Source: Verrucomicrobiota bacterium
GTDB lineage: Bacteria; Verrucomicrobiota; Verrucomicrobiia; Opitutales; Opitutaceae
Direction of reading: 5' to 3'
Length of the DNA: 64,000 nt
NCBI GenBank assembly: GCA_023428905.1
Contig: JAEYWP010000016.1
Coordinates: 232,454-296,453, forward strand
Below the pieces are notes generated by a model, which worked only from the letters and a program-made list of their open reading frames with translations, was not told where the DNA came from and did not search any database. Positions 1 through 9,248 of the stretch are shown here, piece after piece (position 1 is the first letter of the stretch; each line of letters begins with the position of its first letter). The position numbers and the translations under genes were made by a program.

Positions 1-53
1 TGATTGACGAGCCGGGTCCCGGCCTCCACCGTCTTCCCTCCCACTCCTCCATC

Positions 54-1019
54 ATGCGCATCCTCACCGGTATCCAGCCTTCGGGCACGCTGCACATCGG
101 CAATTATTTCGGCGCGATCAAGCCGGCGGTTGAACTGCAGGAGCGGGGGGAGGCGTATTATTTCATCGCCGACTACCATTCGATGACGTCGCTGACGGAC
201 GCCGCCCAGCGCCGGAAGAACACCCTCGACGTGGCCCTGGATTTCTTGGCCTGCGGGCTGGATCCGAAGCGCAGCGTGTTCTGGCGGCAGAGCGATCTCC
301 CGGAGGTCTGTGAACTGACGTGGATTCTTGGCACGCTCACACCGATGGGCTTGCTGGAGCGCGCCCACAGCTACAAGGACAAGACCGCAAAGGGCATCTC
401 CCCGAACTTCGGTCTGTTTGCCTATCCGGTGCTGATGGCGGCCGACATTCTTCTCTACAACGCGAACCTCGTGCCGGTGGGCAAGGACCAGAAGCAGCAC
501 CTGGAGATGACCCGGGACATCGCGATCAAGTTCAACCAGCAGTACGGCGAGACCTTTGTGGTGCCGGAGGCGGAGATCCGCGAGGAGGTGGCGGTGGTGC
601 CCGGACTGGATGGTCAGAAGATGAGCAAGAGCTACGGCAACACCGTGGACATCTTTGGCGACGAGAAGGCCACCCGGAAAAAGATCATGGGCATCGTGAT
701 GGACAGCCGTACCCCGGCGGAGCCGAAACCCGATGCGGACAAGAACCTCGCGATCCAGCTGCTGAAGCTGGTGGCGCCCGCAGAGGTGGCGCGCGACCAT
801 GAGGAGCGGCTGCGTGCGGGTGGCCTCGGCTACGGCGATCTAAAGAAGGCACTCTTTGAGCACTATTGGGGTTATTTCGCAGCCGCCCGCGCGCGCCGTG
901 CGGAGCTCGCCAGCAATCTCGATTATGTCGATCAGGTGCTGGCGGACGGGGCCCGGCGCGCACGCGAGCAAGCCAGTGCCACGCTGAAGTCGGCGCGTGT
1001 CGCCTGTGGGCTAGCGTGA
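54..1019 (+). CDS. trpS: Tryptophan--tRNA ligase (class I aaRS). N-terminal HIGH-type motif (TLHIGNYFGA) and KMSKS motif are present; 321 aa.
   Basis: ORF translation MRILTGIQPSGTLHIGNYFGAIKP...GQKMSKS; length and motif spacing typical of bacterial TrpRS. Confidence 0.92.
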   Translation: MRILTGIQPSGTLHIGNYFGAIKPAVELQERGEAYYFIADYHSMTSLTDAAQRRKNTLDVALDFLACGLDPKRSVFWRQSDLPEVCELTWILGTLTPMGLLERAHSYKDKTAKGISPNFGLFAYPVLMAADILLYNANLVPVGKDQKQHLEMTRDIAIKFNQQYGETFVVPEAEIREEVAVVPGLDGQKMSKSYGNTVDIFGDEKATRKKIMGIVMDSRTPAEPKPDADKNLAIQLLKLVAPAEVARDHEERLRAGGLGYGDLKKALFEHYWGYFAAARARRAELASNLDYVDQVLADGARRAREQASATLKSARVACGLA

Positions 1020-1117
1020 CGCGCCCTCAGGCGGCGGCACGCCAGCGTGTCCGCCGCAGGTGCGGGGGGGGCAGCCCGCCTGCAGGAGAGGGAAAGCCGC
1101 GGTACGGCGCGGGGCGG

Positions 1118-1777
1118 CTAGACTACCGGGACGACGGGCTTCTCGAGGGCGGCGATGGCGGCCATGATTCGCTCGGAGGCGCGCTGGTAGCGTTCCTTGC
1201 CGTCGGCGGGGTGGTCGTAACTGGAGGGGGGCAGGGGTTTGCCGAAGACCACGTGCACGGGCGTGCCGAGGCGGAGATGGCTGTCGCGTCCAAACGCCTC
1301 GAAAGAGCCATAGACCCGCGCGGGCACGACCGGTACCTGGGTGCGGCAGGCGAGCAGACCCACCCCGGGTTTGGGCGGCTGCAGGTTACCGTCCGGAGAA
1401 CGTGTGCCCTCGGGGAAAAGGATGACGGGCTTCTCGTGCTTGAGGGACTGCAGGACCCGCTTGATCGCAGTGACGTCGGAGCCACCGTCGCGGTCGACCG
1501 GGATGGTGCCCACCCCGTCCAGCCACCACGACGCGAGCCCGGGTTTCCAAAGGGTCTTGCGCGCAAAAAACGCCATCTGCATCGGCAGTTGGCAGCCGAC
1601 AAACGGCGGGTCCAGATGGCTGGCGTGATTGGAGGCGATCAAGAACGCGCCGCGGCGCGGGAGGTTCTCGACGCCCACCACCTCCCCGCGAAAGAAGGCG
1701 CTGTAAATCTGCCGCAGGATGTAATGACAAAAGCCGTACAACGGCGTCATCTTGAGATGGTCGACGTGGCGGCTCAT
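1118..1777 (-). CDS. plsC: 1-acyl-sn-glycerol-3-phosphate acyltransferase (lysophospholipid acyltransferase)
   Basis: HxxxxD acyltransferase motif (NHASHLDPP) and FPEGTRS motif; about 219 aa. Confidence 0.85.
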   Translation of the reverse strand: MSRHVDHLKMTPLYGFCHYILRQIYSAFFRGEVVGVENLPRRGAFLIASNHASHLDPPFVGCQLPMQMAFFARKTLWKPGLASWWLDGVGTIPVDRDGGSDVTAIKRVLQSLKHEKPVILFPEGTRSPDGNLQPPKPGVGLLACRTQVPVVPARVYGSFEAFGRDSHLRLGTPVHVVFGKPLPPSSYDHPADGKERYQRASERIMAAIAALEKPVVPVV

Positions 1778-1785
1778 CGGAAACG

Positions 1786-2457
1786 TTATGGAAGCGGAAG
1801 CTTGCAGGCGACCAGGCCGGCCAGACGGTCCACCACCTGCTCAAGGGTGAGAAACGTGCTGTCGATATCGATTGCCCCGGCGGGGCAGGTGAGGGGAGCC
1901 GTCTTGCGTTGGGTGTCGAGGCGATCCCGCTCCGCGATCTGGTCGGTCTGTCCCTGTTCAGCCCGGCGCCGGGCGCGTTCCGCCGGATCGGCGTGCAGGA
2001 AAAAGCGAAAATCAGCCTCGGGGAAGATGACTGAACCGATGTCCCGGCCCTCCATCACGAGTCCCCGGAAAGCATGCGCCCGGGCCACCTCCACCTGTCC
2101 CCGCTGGTAGGCCAGCAAGGCGGCGCGGACGGCGGGGATCGCAGCAAAGTGGGAGACGGCCGCGTTGACCTCGGGGCTGCGAATTTCTTCGCCGGCAACG
2201 CGCCCGTCGATCTCCATCGACGCTCCGCGCCCCTGCACCCGCGTCGTCAGCCGCAGGGCTGACACCGCCCGCTCCACCGCCGGAGTGTCGTCTGCGGCCA
2301 CACCCCGGCGCAGGAGCTCCGCCGTCACCGCCCGGTAGAAGGACCCGGTGTCCACGTGCAGGAGGTGGAAACGCTCACTGATCGCGCGCGAGGTGGACGA
2401 CTTGCCGGAAGCTGCGCCGCCGTCGATCGCAACGATGATAAAGGGTGAACGGGCCAT
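1786..2457 (-). CDS. cmk: Cytidylate kinase
   Basis: P-loop IIVAIDGGAASGKSS at N-terminus, 223 aa; lies directly downstream of aroA, the conserved aroA-cmk arrangement. Confidence 0.88.
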   Translation of the reverse strand: MARSPFIIVAIDGGAASGKSSTSRAISERFHLLHVDTGSFYRAVTAELLRRGVAADDTPAVERAVSALRLTTRVQGRGASMEIDGRVAGEEIRSPEVNAAVSHFAAIPAVRAALLAYQRGQVEVARAHAFRGLVMEGRDIGSVIFPEADFRFFLHADPAERARRRAEQGQTDQIAERDRLDTQRKTAPLTCPAGAIDIDSTFLTLEQVVDRLAGLVACKLPLP

Positions 2458-3840
2458 TCAGGTTTTGACGCTCCGGAGACGTACGCTCTCCAGCAATTCA
2501 AAAAAGTGGGGGAAGGTTTTCGCGCAGCAGGCCGGGTCGTTGATCGACAGCCAGGGCGAACCGTCGCCGCGCAGGTCGAAGGAGCCGAGAATGCCGAAAC
2601 TCATCGCAAACCGATGATCGTGGTAGGTTTCGATCGTCTGCCCCGCGCACAAGGGCCGCGGGTCGATTGTCAGGCTGTCCTCCGTTTCGACCACCTCCTG
2701 GCCCAGCCGGATGAGCTCGCGCGCCATGCCGGCGACACGGTCCGTCTCCTGTTTGCGGGTGTGGGCGATACCCGTGATGCGGGTCGTGCCGCGCAGCAGC
2801 GGTGCGATCGCCGCCAGGGTGAGGAAGGTGTCTGAAAAGGCACTGAAATCCTCGTCCACCCCCGAACGGGGATGGCCCGAATGGAAATGCACCTCCAAGC
2901 CCTGGGCGGTGGCGTCGACCGAGAGCCCGGCGCGCTCGAGCACGCTGACAAAGCGTGTGTCGCCCTGAAGCCCGGACCCGGGCCCTCCGAGGGAGGACAA
3001 GGTGAGGCGGCCTCCGCAGACCAGGGGCAGGGCGAGGAAATAACTGGCGGCGGTGGCGTCCGGCTCCACCACCCAGGTGTCACCTGCGAGTGAATACGCC
3101 GAACCCTGCTCCACCCGGATGCGGTCCTCCCCCTGCCGGGTGACGGGCGGCTGGCCAAACTGCTCCATCAGCCGGGTCGTCATGAGGATAAAGGGCCAGC
3201 GCACGCCCCCGACAATCTCGATCTCGATCGGGCCCGCCGCCAGGGGCGCCACCATCAACAGGGCGGAGAGCATCTGGCTGCTCTCCCGGGCGTCGATACG
3301 GACGGCGCCGCCCCGGAGCCCCCGGGCGGTGATCTCGATCGGGAAAAAACCTTCCGCGCCGACGCAGCGGATGTCGGCGCCGAGAGCGCGCAAGGCGTCG
3401 ATTAATCCCTTCATCGGCCGTTTGCGCATTTGCTCGACACCATCAATCCGGTAAACGCCCCGGGGGGCGGCCGCGCAGAGCGCGGTGAGGAAGCGCGCCG
3501 CCGTGCCTGCGAGCCCGACAAAAAGGTCGACCCTGCCCTCGGGAAACCCGGCCGCTTGGCCCGAGACCTGGAGGCGATGCTCCGCGGGAGCCGCCCGAAC
3601 GGTAAAACCCAGGGTGCGGAGCGCCTCCACCATGAGGTGCGTGTCCTCGCTGAAGAGTGCGCCTTCCAGGGTGACCGGCCGCTGGCAGAGGGCGGCGAGC
3701 AGCAGGGCGCGATTGGTCAGGCTCTTCGAACCGGGGACAAGGACCGCGCCGGCGCACGGGCGGGTGAAGGGAGAAATGGGAAGCACGTCGGGAAGCGCCA
3801 TGAAGCGGATATGCTCCACGGGGCCGAGGCGGTTGAGCAA
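2458..3840 (-). CDS. aroA: 3-phosphoshikimate 1-carboxyvinyltransferase (EPSP synthase). The true start is probably the internal Met at about 3801 (MALPDV...).
   Basis: LVPGSKSLTNRALLLAAL signature and two-domain EPSPS length; the ORF-track start at 3840 is probably a short N-terminal extension. Confidence 0.9.
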   Translation of the reverse strand: MLNRLGPVEHIRFMALPDVLPISPFTRPCAGAVLVPGSKSLTNRALLLAALCQRPVTLEGALFSEDTHLMVEALRTLGFTVRAAPAEHRLQVSGQAAGFPEGRVDLFVGLAGTAARFLTALCAAAPRGVYRIDGVEQMRKRPMKGLIDALRALGADIRCVGAEGFFPIEITARGLRGGAVRIDARESSQMLSALLMVAPLAAGPIEIEIVGGVRWPFILMTTRLMEQFGQPPVTRQGEDRIRVEQGSAYSLAGDTWVVEPDATAASYFLALPLVCGGRLTLSSLGGPGSGLQGDTRFVSVLERAGLSVDATAQGLEVHFHSGHPRSGVDEDFSAFSDTFLTLAAIAPLLRGTTRITGIAHTRKQETDRVAGMARELIRLGQEVVETEDSLTIDPRPLCAGQTIETYHDHRFAMSFGILGSFDLRGDGSPWLSINDPACCAKTFPHFFELLESVRLRSVKT

Positions 3841-4132
3841 GCGGCAAGTGGCGCCGCTACCGGTTGCGCGTCAGGACAAAAACGCCGCAACGGCCGCCGC
3901 GCCGTCGGCGTTCCTCAGCCGCTGTCCGCGATCACCCGGGCGTCGAAGAAAAGGGGCTCGGGCTTTCGCCACGTGATCCTGCCAAAGTCCGCGAGCGCCG
4001 GGTTGATGACCACGTTGAATTCCCCCCGCGTGACCACGCTCGGAAAGCGGACCGCGACGTACTGCCTGTGCGAGGCAACCTCCGTGCAAAAGCCTCTGGA
4101 AACGAAAAATCCCGCCGGAGTGGCGGGAGAAA

Positions 4133-4209
4133 TGGTGGACCCTACTGGACTCGAACCAGTGACCTTTTCCATGTCAAGGAAACGCTCTAACCAACTGAGC
4201 TAAGGGTCC
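4133..4209 (-). tRNA. tRNA-Val (anticodon GAC), encoded CCA included
   Basis: Reverse complement GGACCCTTAGCTCAGTTGGTTAGAGCGTTTCCTTGACATGGAAAAGGTCACTGGTTCGAGTCCAGTAGGGTCCACCA folds as a cloverleaf: 7-bp acceptor stem, GTTCGAGTCC T-arm, anticodon loop TTGACAT. Confidence 0.9.
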
Positions 4210-4396
4210 AAATCGAACGAGTCGTGAAGTAAGCACGAGGTGCACGGCGGCGTGCAAGAAAAAATCTGACCCGGAATGGTGTTCTTCCGGGCTTCTGCGG
4301 CGTGTGGAGCGCGGGTGCGGACCGGGGCTGGACGGAAGTGCGTGCCGTGCAGACCGAGGTCTTGATGCAGGCGGAGGATCCCTGTTACTCGGTGGC

Positions 4397-6055
4397 ATGC
4401 TTCAATCGCTTCGGATCCGGAATCTCGCGCTGCTGGAGGAGGTTTCCCTCGAGTTTGAGGGCGGATTCACGGCCGTGACCGGCGAGACCGGCGCGGGCAA
4501 GAGCATCCTGCTGGGCGCACTCAGCCTGCTGGCGGGCGAACGGGCGGACAAGACCCTGATCCGCCAGGGGGCCAGCGCCTGCGAAGTGGAGGCGTCGTTG
4601 TTTTTCAAGGACACGTCCAGGATCGACGCCGTGCTGGGCGAACTCGACCTGCCGCCGTGTGAGGAGGGTGTCCTGATCCTCAAGCGCAGTCTTCCCCGGG
4701 AAAAGGCCCCCCGCATCAGCGTGAACGGCGGTCTCGCCACCCTGGCCTCCCTGCAGCGACTGGGTGAGCACTGGGTCGACTTTCACGGCCCGAGCGAACC
4801 GCGGAGACTGCTGAAGGAGTCCTGCCAGCTCGAGCTGCTCGACCTCTACGCGCGGGCGGGCACGGCCCTCCGTGCGTATCAGGAGACGTATGACACGTGG
4901 CGTGAGCGGGTGGCGGCGCGCGACCGGATCGCGGGCGAAACGCGGCTTTCCGCCGACCAGATCCAGTTTCTCGAGAACCAGCTGGCGAGGCTGGATGCCC
5001 TGGACCTGACGGAGGAGGCGATCGAGGAACTCGAGCGCGACTTCCAGCGCCAGAGCCGAGCCCAGGAACTGATCGGACTGGCAACCGCGCTCGAGGCCGG
5101 CCTGACCGGCGAGGACGGCGTGACCAGCCGGATCAGCGCGCTGGTCAAGGAGGCGCGCCAGCTCGAGGCGGTTGACCCGGCGAGCAAGGCGCTGGCCGAC
5201 CGGCTGGCCTCGGCATCCGTCGAGCTGAGCGACCTCGGTTCAGAGTTTTCCGCCCTCAGTGGCGAGTATCAGTTCGACCCGGAGCAGGCCGAGGCGCTCC
5301 AGGAGCGGATGGATACATGGCTGGATGTGAAACGGAAGCACGGCGGGGAGGTGCGGCGGGTGATCGCGGCGCGGGATGAGATGCGCCAGCGCCTCGAGGT
5401 GCAGGGCGACCTGGAGGGCACGCTCGCCCGCCTGGGGAAGGAGATCGCCGACGCGGAAAAGGCGGCGTGCAAGGAAGCGCAGGCGCTCCGGACCCTGCGC
5501 GAGAAGGGCGCCCGCGAACTGGCCCGGGTGGCGGCCAGGGCGATCGCCCAGATTGGGTTCAAGAAGGCGGATTTCCAGGTCAGGCTGACCTCGCTGCCGG
5601 GTCTCGCGCCCTCCGGCGATTGCAGTGCCGAATTTCTCTTTTCACCCAACGTCGGCGAGGCGCCGCTGCCCCTCAGCCGGATCGCCTCCAGCGGCGAACT
5701 TGCCCGCGTGATGCTGGCGCTGAAGACCGTGCTGGCGGACCTCGACGATGTGCCCGTCCTGGTCTTCGATGAAGTCGACGCGAATGTGGGCGGCGAGATC
5801 GGCCGCATCGTCGGCGAGAAGATGGCGGAAATTGCGAAGGGTCACCAGGTCCTCTGCGTCACCCACCTGCCGCAGGTGGCGGCGCAGGCCGCCGCGCACC
5901 TTGTGGTGGTGAAGGACCAGACGAGGGACCGGGCTGTTGTCACCATCGCCCCGATACACGAGAACCGGAAGGCCCGGGTGAGCGAACTGGCCCGCATGCT
6001 CGGCGATCGCAGCGCGAAGAGTGCGCTGGCGCATGCCGAGGAAATGCTCGGCTGA
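4397..6055 (+). CDS. recN: DNA repair protein RecN. Start placed at the internal ATG (MLQSLRIRNL...); the ORF-track start at 4304 is an extension.
   Basis: N-terminal Walker A GETGAGKSILLGALSLL, SMC-like coiled-coil middle, C-terminal signature/Walker B region; about 552 aa. Confidence 0.9.
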   Translation: MLQSLRIRNLALLEEVSLEFEGGFTAVTGETGAGKSILLGALSLLAGERADKTLIRQGASACEVEASLFFKDTSRIDAVLGELDLPPCEEGVLILKRSLPREKAPRISVNGGLATLASLQRLGEHWVDFHGPSEPRRLLKESCQLELLDLYARAGTALRAYQETYDTWRERVAARDRIAGETRLSADQIQFLENQLARLDALDLTEEAIEELERDFQRQSRAQELIGLATALEAGLTGEDGVTSRISALVKEARQLEAVDPASKALADRLASASVELSDLGSEFSALSGEYQFDPEQAEALQERMDTWLDVKRKHGGEVRRVIAARDEMRQRLEVQGDLEGTLARLGKEIADAEKAACKEAQALRTLREKGARELARVAARAIAQIGFKKADFQVRLTSLPGLAPSGDCSAEFLFSPNVGEAPLPLSRIASSGELARVMLALKTVLADLDDVPVLVFDEVDANVGGEIGRIVGEKMAEIAKGHQVLCVTHLPQVAAQAAAHLVVVKDQTRDRAVVTIAPIHENRKARVSELARMLGDRSAKSALAHAEEMLG

Positions 6056-6122
6056 GGACGGGCACCAGGGGGACAAAACGTCCGTCGACACGGGCCGCCG
6101 GTGAAGGCGGCTCGCGCGAGAC

Positions 6123-8075
6123 TCAGGACTTCGCCGAGAAACTTCTCCAGCGATTGATCGGGACGGCGGACCCGAGGGCAATGATGACGACCTGGGCGAT
6201 GACAAAGCCCAGAAGCCAGTGGAAGGCTGCGTCCATGAAACCGTAGCTGTGGAGGCCGATGCCGAGCATGTTGGTGCCAAACCAGCTCCAGGCCGTGACC
6301 ACATTGCCGAAGACAGCGAGGCACATCAGGCCGCGCGTCTTGACCAGTCCGCCCCAGCGGGCGTGGAGGATGAGGGCGTTCCACAGGACGATGATGAGCG
6401 CCCCGTTTTCCTTCGGGTCCCAGCCCCAGAAACGGCCCCAGGACTGATCGGCCCAGATGCCGCCGAGGATGGTGCCGATAAGGCTGAAGAGGGTGGCAAA
6501 ACAAACGATGCCGTACACCATCCGGCCGAGCGCGTCGCCATTGGTTTCCCGCCTGGGTGCGTCCGCGTCGCCGGCACGCCGGTCGAACTGCCTCGGCAGC
6601 CAGCGGGTGAACAGGCCCATCAGGATGTAGATGATGGCGAGGAAACCCGCGAGGAAGGTGGCGGCGTAGCCGAGGGTGATGACGACGACGTGTGTCGCCA
6701 ACCAGAAGTTGGAATCGAGCACGGCTCGCATCATCTCCAGGGTATCGCCGCTGAGGGAGAGGTGATGGGCGATGAGCAGCGCGCAGAAGCCGATCGCCCC
6801 TCCGGCGACCGTGCCGACGGCGTTTTTATAGATGCCTTCAAGCAGGAGGCACAGGCCGACTGCGGCCCAGCCCACAAAGAGGGCGGAAGAATACAGGTTG
6901 GTGACGGGTGGCCGGCCTTCCAGCCACATGCGGATACCGATGCCCACGGTGGTCGCGACAAAGGCCGCGAACAGGATGAAAAATGCGCCGCGACCGAGTG
7001 CTTCCGGCCAGCGCAGCCAGGAGACAATCCCGATCAGGAAGGCGGCCATGTAGAGGTGCATGCTCTTCCAGAACGGTTCGGCCTGGTTGAAGACCTCCTC
7101 CACCTCGCTCTTGTGCATGCGCTCCCCGAGCGAACCCGCAACGAAACCGTTGTAGCGGGAAACCAGTTCGTTGAACTGCTCCGGTTTTTGATTGCGCCAG
7201 GCATCACCCATCCCGGCAAAGGTGAGCACGGAGAGATTGACCTGGCCGGTGTGGAACGTGTCGAGCAGGGCCTGCCCCGCCTTCTGCCAGGCGGTCGGGG
7301 GGGCGCCGGGTGCGGGGGGCACGACCAGGAGCGAACCGAAACGTGACATGAGGTCGAAGCGGTTGACCGCCTCGATCATGCGCTGGGCGACGGCCTCGTC
7401 GTGGGCCTGGTCGGCCTGCTTGGCTCGGACAGCCTCGATCCCGGCGGGAAGCTCGGCCTGGAATCGCCGGAGCTCGGCGTGAAAGTCCGGGGCCTCGGGG
7501 AGGCCAAAGCTGTATTTCAGTTGCTGATACGAAATGAGGTTTCCGTAAAGCGTGAGCACCGCTTTCTGGAAAGGGTTCCGCCCCATCGCATCGACCGCCT
7601 GGGCGAGCTGGGCCTGGCGTTCCAGTTCCGCGAGGTGGGGGTGGAGTTCGTTATAGGCGAAACGCCGGTGGCGGCTGGGCAGGAAGCCGAGCACGGCGAG
7701 TGCCTTTTGCGCGGTGGAGGTGTAGTCGATCCGCAGGTTGTCCTCCGTCTTGCCGATCAGCGTGAGCAGGTCGGGATTGTCGATCTTGAAGGTGCGGTAG
7801 GTGTCGGCGCGCTCCGGCAGGAAGGCGACGTCGAGCAGCCACTCCATCGGCAGCAGGCTGGCGCCCTCGGGGGTGCGGACCCGCTGGCGGTCCTGGAGGG
7901 TGAGCAGGGTGGTGCGGGCCACTGTGTCCAGAGGTTTGATACGCCCGTTCACCAGCACGGGGAAATGGGCCATGCCCTGCACGTCGAACGTGCCGGGATT
8001 CTTGGGGGCGCGAAGGCCGCTGAGGAGGTACACGGCGGCCAGGCCGAAGATCAGCCAGGGAAGAAACCTTTTCAT
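6123..8075 (-). CDS. ccsA: Cytochrome c-type biogenesis protein CcsA/ResC (system II heme lyase subunit) with a large N-terminal extension. Start at MKRFLPWL; the 4-nt ATGA overlap with the ccsB stop indicates translational coupling.
   Basis: C-terminal tryptophan-rich WWD-type motif (WGRFWGWDPKENGALIIVLWNA), multiple TM helices, directly downstream of a ResB-like gene. Confidence 0.82.
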   Translation of the reverse strand: MKRFLPWLIFGLAAVYLLSGLRAPKNPGTFDVQGMAHFPVLVNGRIKPLDTVARTTLLTLQDRQRVRTPEGASLLPMEWLLDVAFLPERADTYRTFKIDNPDLLTLIGKTEDNLRIDYTSTAQKALAVLGFLPSRHRRFAYNELHPHLAELERQAQLAQAVDAMGRNPFQKAVLTLYGNLISYQQLKYSFGLPEAPDFHAELRRFQAELPAGIEAVRAKQADQAHDEAVAQRMIEAVNRFDLMSRFGSLLVVPPAPGAPPTAWQKAGQALLDTFHTGQVNLSVLTFAGMGDAWRNQKPEQFNELVSRYNGFVAGSLGERMHKSEVEEVFNQAEPFWKSMHLYMAAFLIGIVSWLRWPEALGRGAFFILFAAFVATTVGIGIRMWLEGRPPVTNLYSSALFVGWAAVGLCLLLEGIYKNAVGTVAGGAIGFCALLIAHHLSLSGDTLEMMRAVLDSNFWLATHVVVITLGYAATFLAGFLAIIYILMGLFTRWLPRQFDRRAGDADAPRRETNGDALGRMVYGIVCFATLFSLIGTILGGIWADQSWGRFWGWDPKENGALIIVLWNALILHARWGGLVKTRGLMCLAVFGNVVTAWSWFGTNMLGIGLHSYGFMDAAFHWLLGFVIAQVVIIALGSAVPINRWRSFSAKS

Positions 8076-9247
8076 GCGGCGGCGGGGGTGCCGGCGCGCT
8101 TCTGCGCGCGGCGGGAGGAGAAGTTCGCGAGAGAGAGGATGAAATGCCAGGTGAGCCCCAGGGTCATCAGGATGCAGGCGATGTAGGGCAGCAGCCAACC
8201 CGGGTTGCGCACCACCTGGAGGATGGTCGTCTTGTCGTTGTTTTCGAAGCCGGCCTGGTAATACGTCAGCCCCTCAAAACGCAGGGGATTGTTCATGTAG
8301 ATCAGCGCTTCCCGGTCGGTGCGGCCGTCGTCGCTCTTCAGGCGGACCTGGCTGGAAAAGTTTTTTGGAATTTCCGTTCCCGGATAACGGTCGTGGCTAA
8401 ATTTGATCAGAGAAACCGTGTACGGCGTATAAAAACGCTCAAAGCGGAGCGAGAGGTGCCAGCTCTTCCCGTCATAGTCGAAGCGCTGGGGTTCGTTCAG
8501 ATGGGCCGCCACCAGCCAGGTGCCGATGGAGCCCTGGGCGCCGATCAGTTCGACGAAGGCCGCCGGTAGGTTCCGCTCGTCGTGCTTGTAGGTGATGGGC
8601 AGGGGGAAGGCGGCCACCTGCGGGCCGATGCCGGCGGTGGCGGGCGAACTCGGCGCGTTGGGCACCTGATTGCGCATCTGCAACGCTGCGTTCGGGTAAA
8701 ACTCCCGAACCGCGACGCGGAAGGGGAGCTTGGGATGCTGGATTTCCTTCCCGGGCTGGAGTCGCTCCTGTGGGATCGCGACGACGTCATCGAAGGCGGG
8801 ATCACTCCCGTTAACGATGGCGAGCTCACTGCGCATGGAACTCTCCGAATAACGCTTGGTTTCGCCCTCATCGAGGCGCAGATGCGAGTCCTCCTGCAAA
8901 AGGCCGGTCAGCAGTTCGCCCACCAGCAGCAGCAGCAGGCCGATGTGGGTGAGGAAGATGCCGGCCTTTTTCCAGGAGAGTTTGAAACGGGCGATATGGG
9001 CGGCGATCAGGTTGAGGAAGAGAAGCCCGCCGAGGAAATAGCCGCCGGGAAACACCGGGATGGGGAAGCCGTTGTAGGCGTGCAGCACGATGAACGTCCG
9101 GAACCACTTCTGCTGGATCCCCCAGATGCCGAGCTGCTGCTGGTCGAGGGTGGCGAAAAAGACCAGGAGGATGGAAAGCGCCAGCAGGACAACGGTGAGG
9201 CGCAGCGAGACGAAGAACTGGAGGAAGGCTTTGCCGACTTCGCGCAT
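8072..9247 (-). CDS. ccsB: Cytochrome c biogenesis protein CcsB/ResB (system II)
   Basis: ResB-like N-terminus (LRLTVVLLALSILLVFFATL), large periplasmic domain, C-terminal TM; paired with ccsA. Confidence 0.8.
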   Translation of the reverse strand: MREVGKAFLQFFVSLRLTVVLLALSILLVFFATLDQQQLGIWGIQQKWFRTFIVLHAYNGFPIPVFPGGYFLGGLLFLNLIAAHIARFKLSWKKAGIFLTHIGLLLLLVGELLTGLLQEDSHLRLDEGETKRYSESSMRSELAIVNGSDPAFDDVVAIPQERLQPGKEIQHPKLPFRVAVREFYPNAALQMRNQVPNAPSSPATAGIGPQVAAFPLPITYKHDERNLPAAFVELIGAQGSIGTWLVAAHLNEPQRFDYDGKSWHLSLRFERFYTPYTVSLIKFSHDRYPGTEIPKNFSSQVRLKSDDGRTDREALIYMNNPLRFEGLTYYQAGFENNDKTTILQVVRNPGWLLPYIACILMTLGLTWHFILSLANFSSRRAQKRAGTPAAA

Positions 9248-9248
9248 G

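Noticed and set aside
3915-4172. 85-aa minus ORF upstream of aroA
   Set aside because: It overlaps the tRNA-Val gene, reading through the T-arm and anticodon arm, so it is not a CDS.
4304-4396. N-terminal extensions in ORF-track starts (recN 4304, ccsA 8198, rlmN 11715, regulator 20489, ppiB 34745, GAF-PP2C 34713, trpB 36221, dksA-like 40256, hemE 45806, znuB 47773, thiC 55689 GTG, rph 63636)
   Set aside because: In each case the family-typical N-terminus begins at an internal Met. The upstream part is low-complexity or overlaps the neighbouring gene or regulatory DNA, and the track also uses GTG/TTG starts. Gene starts were moved accordingly.
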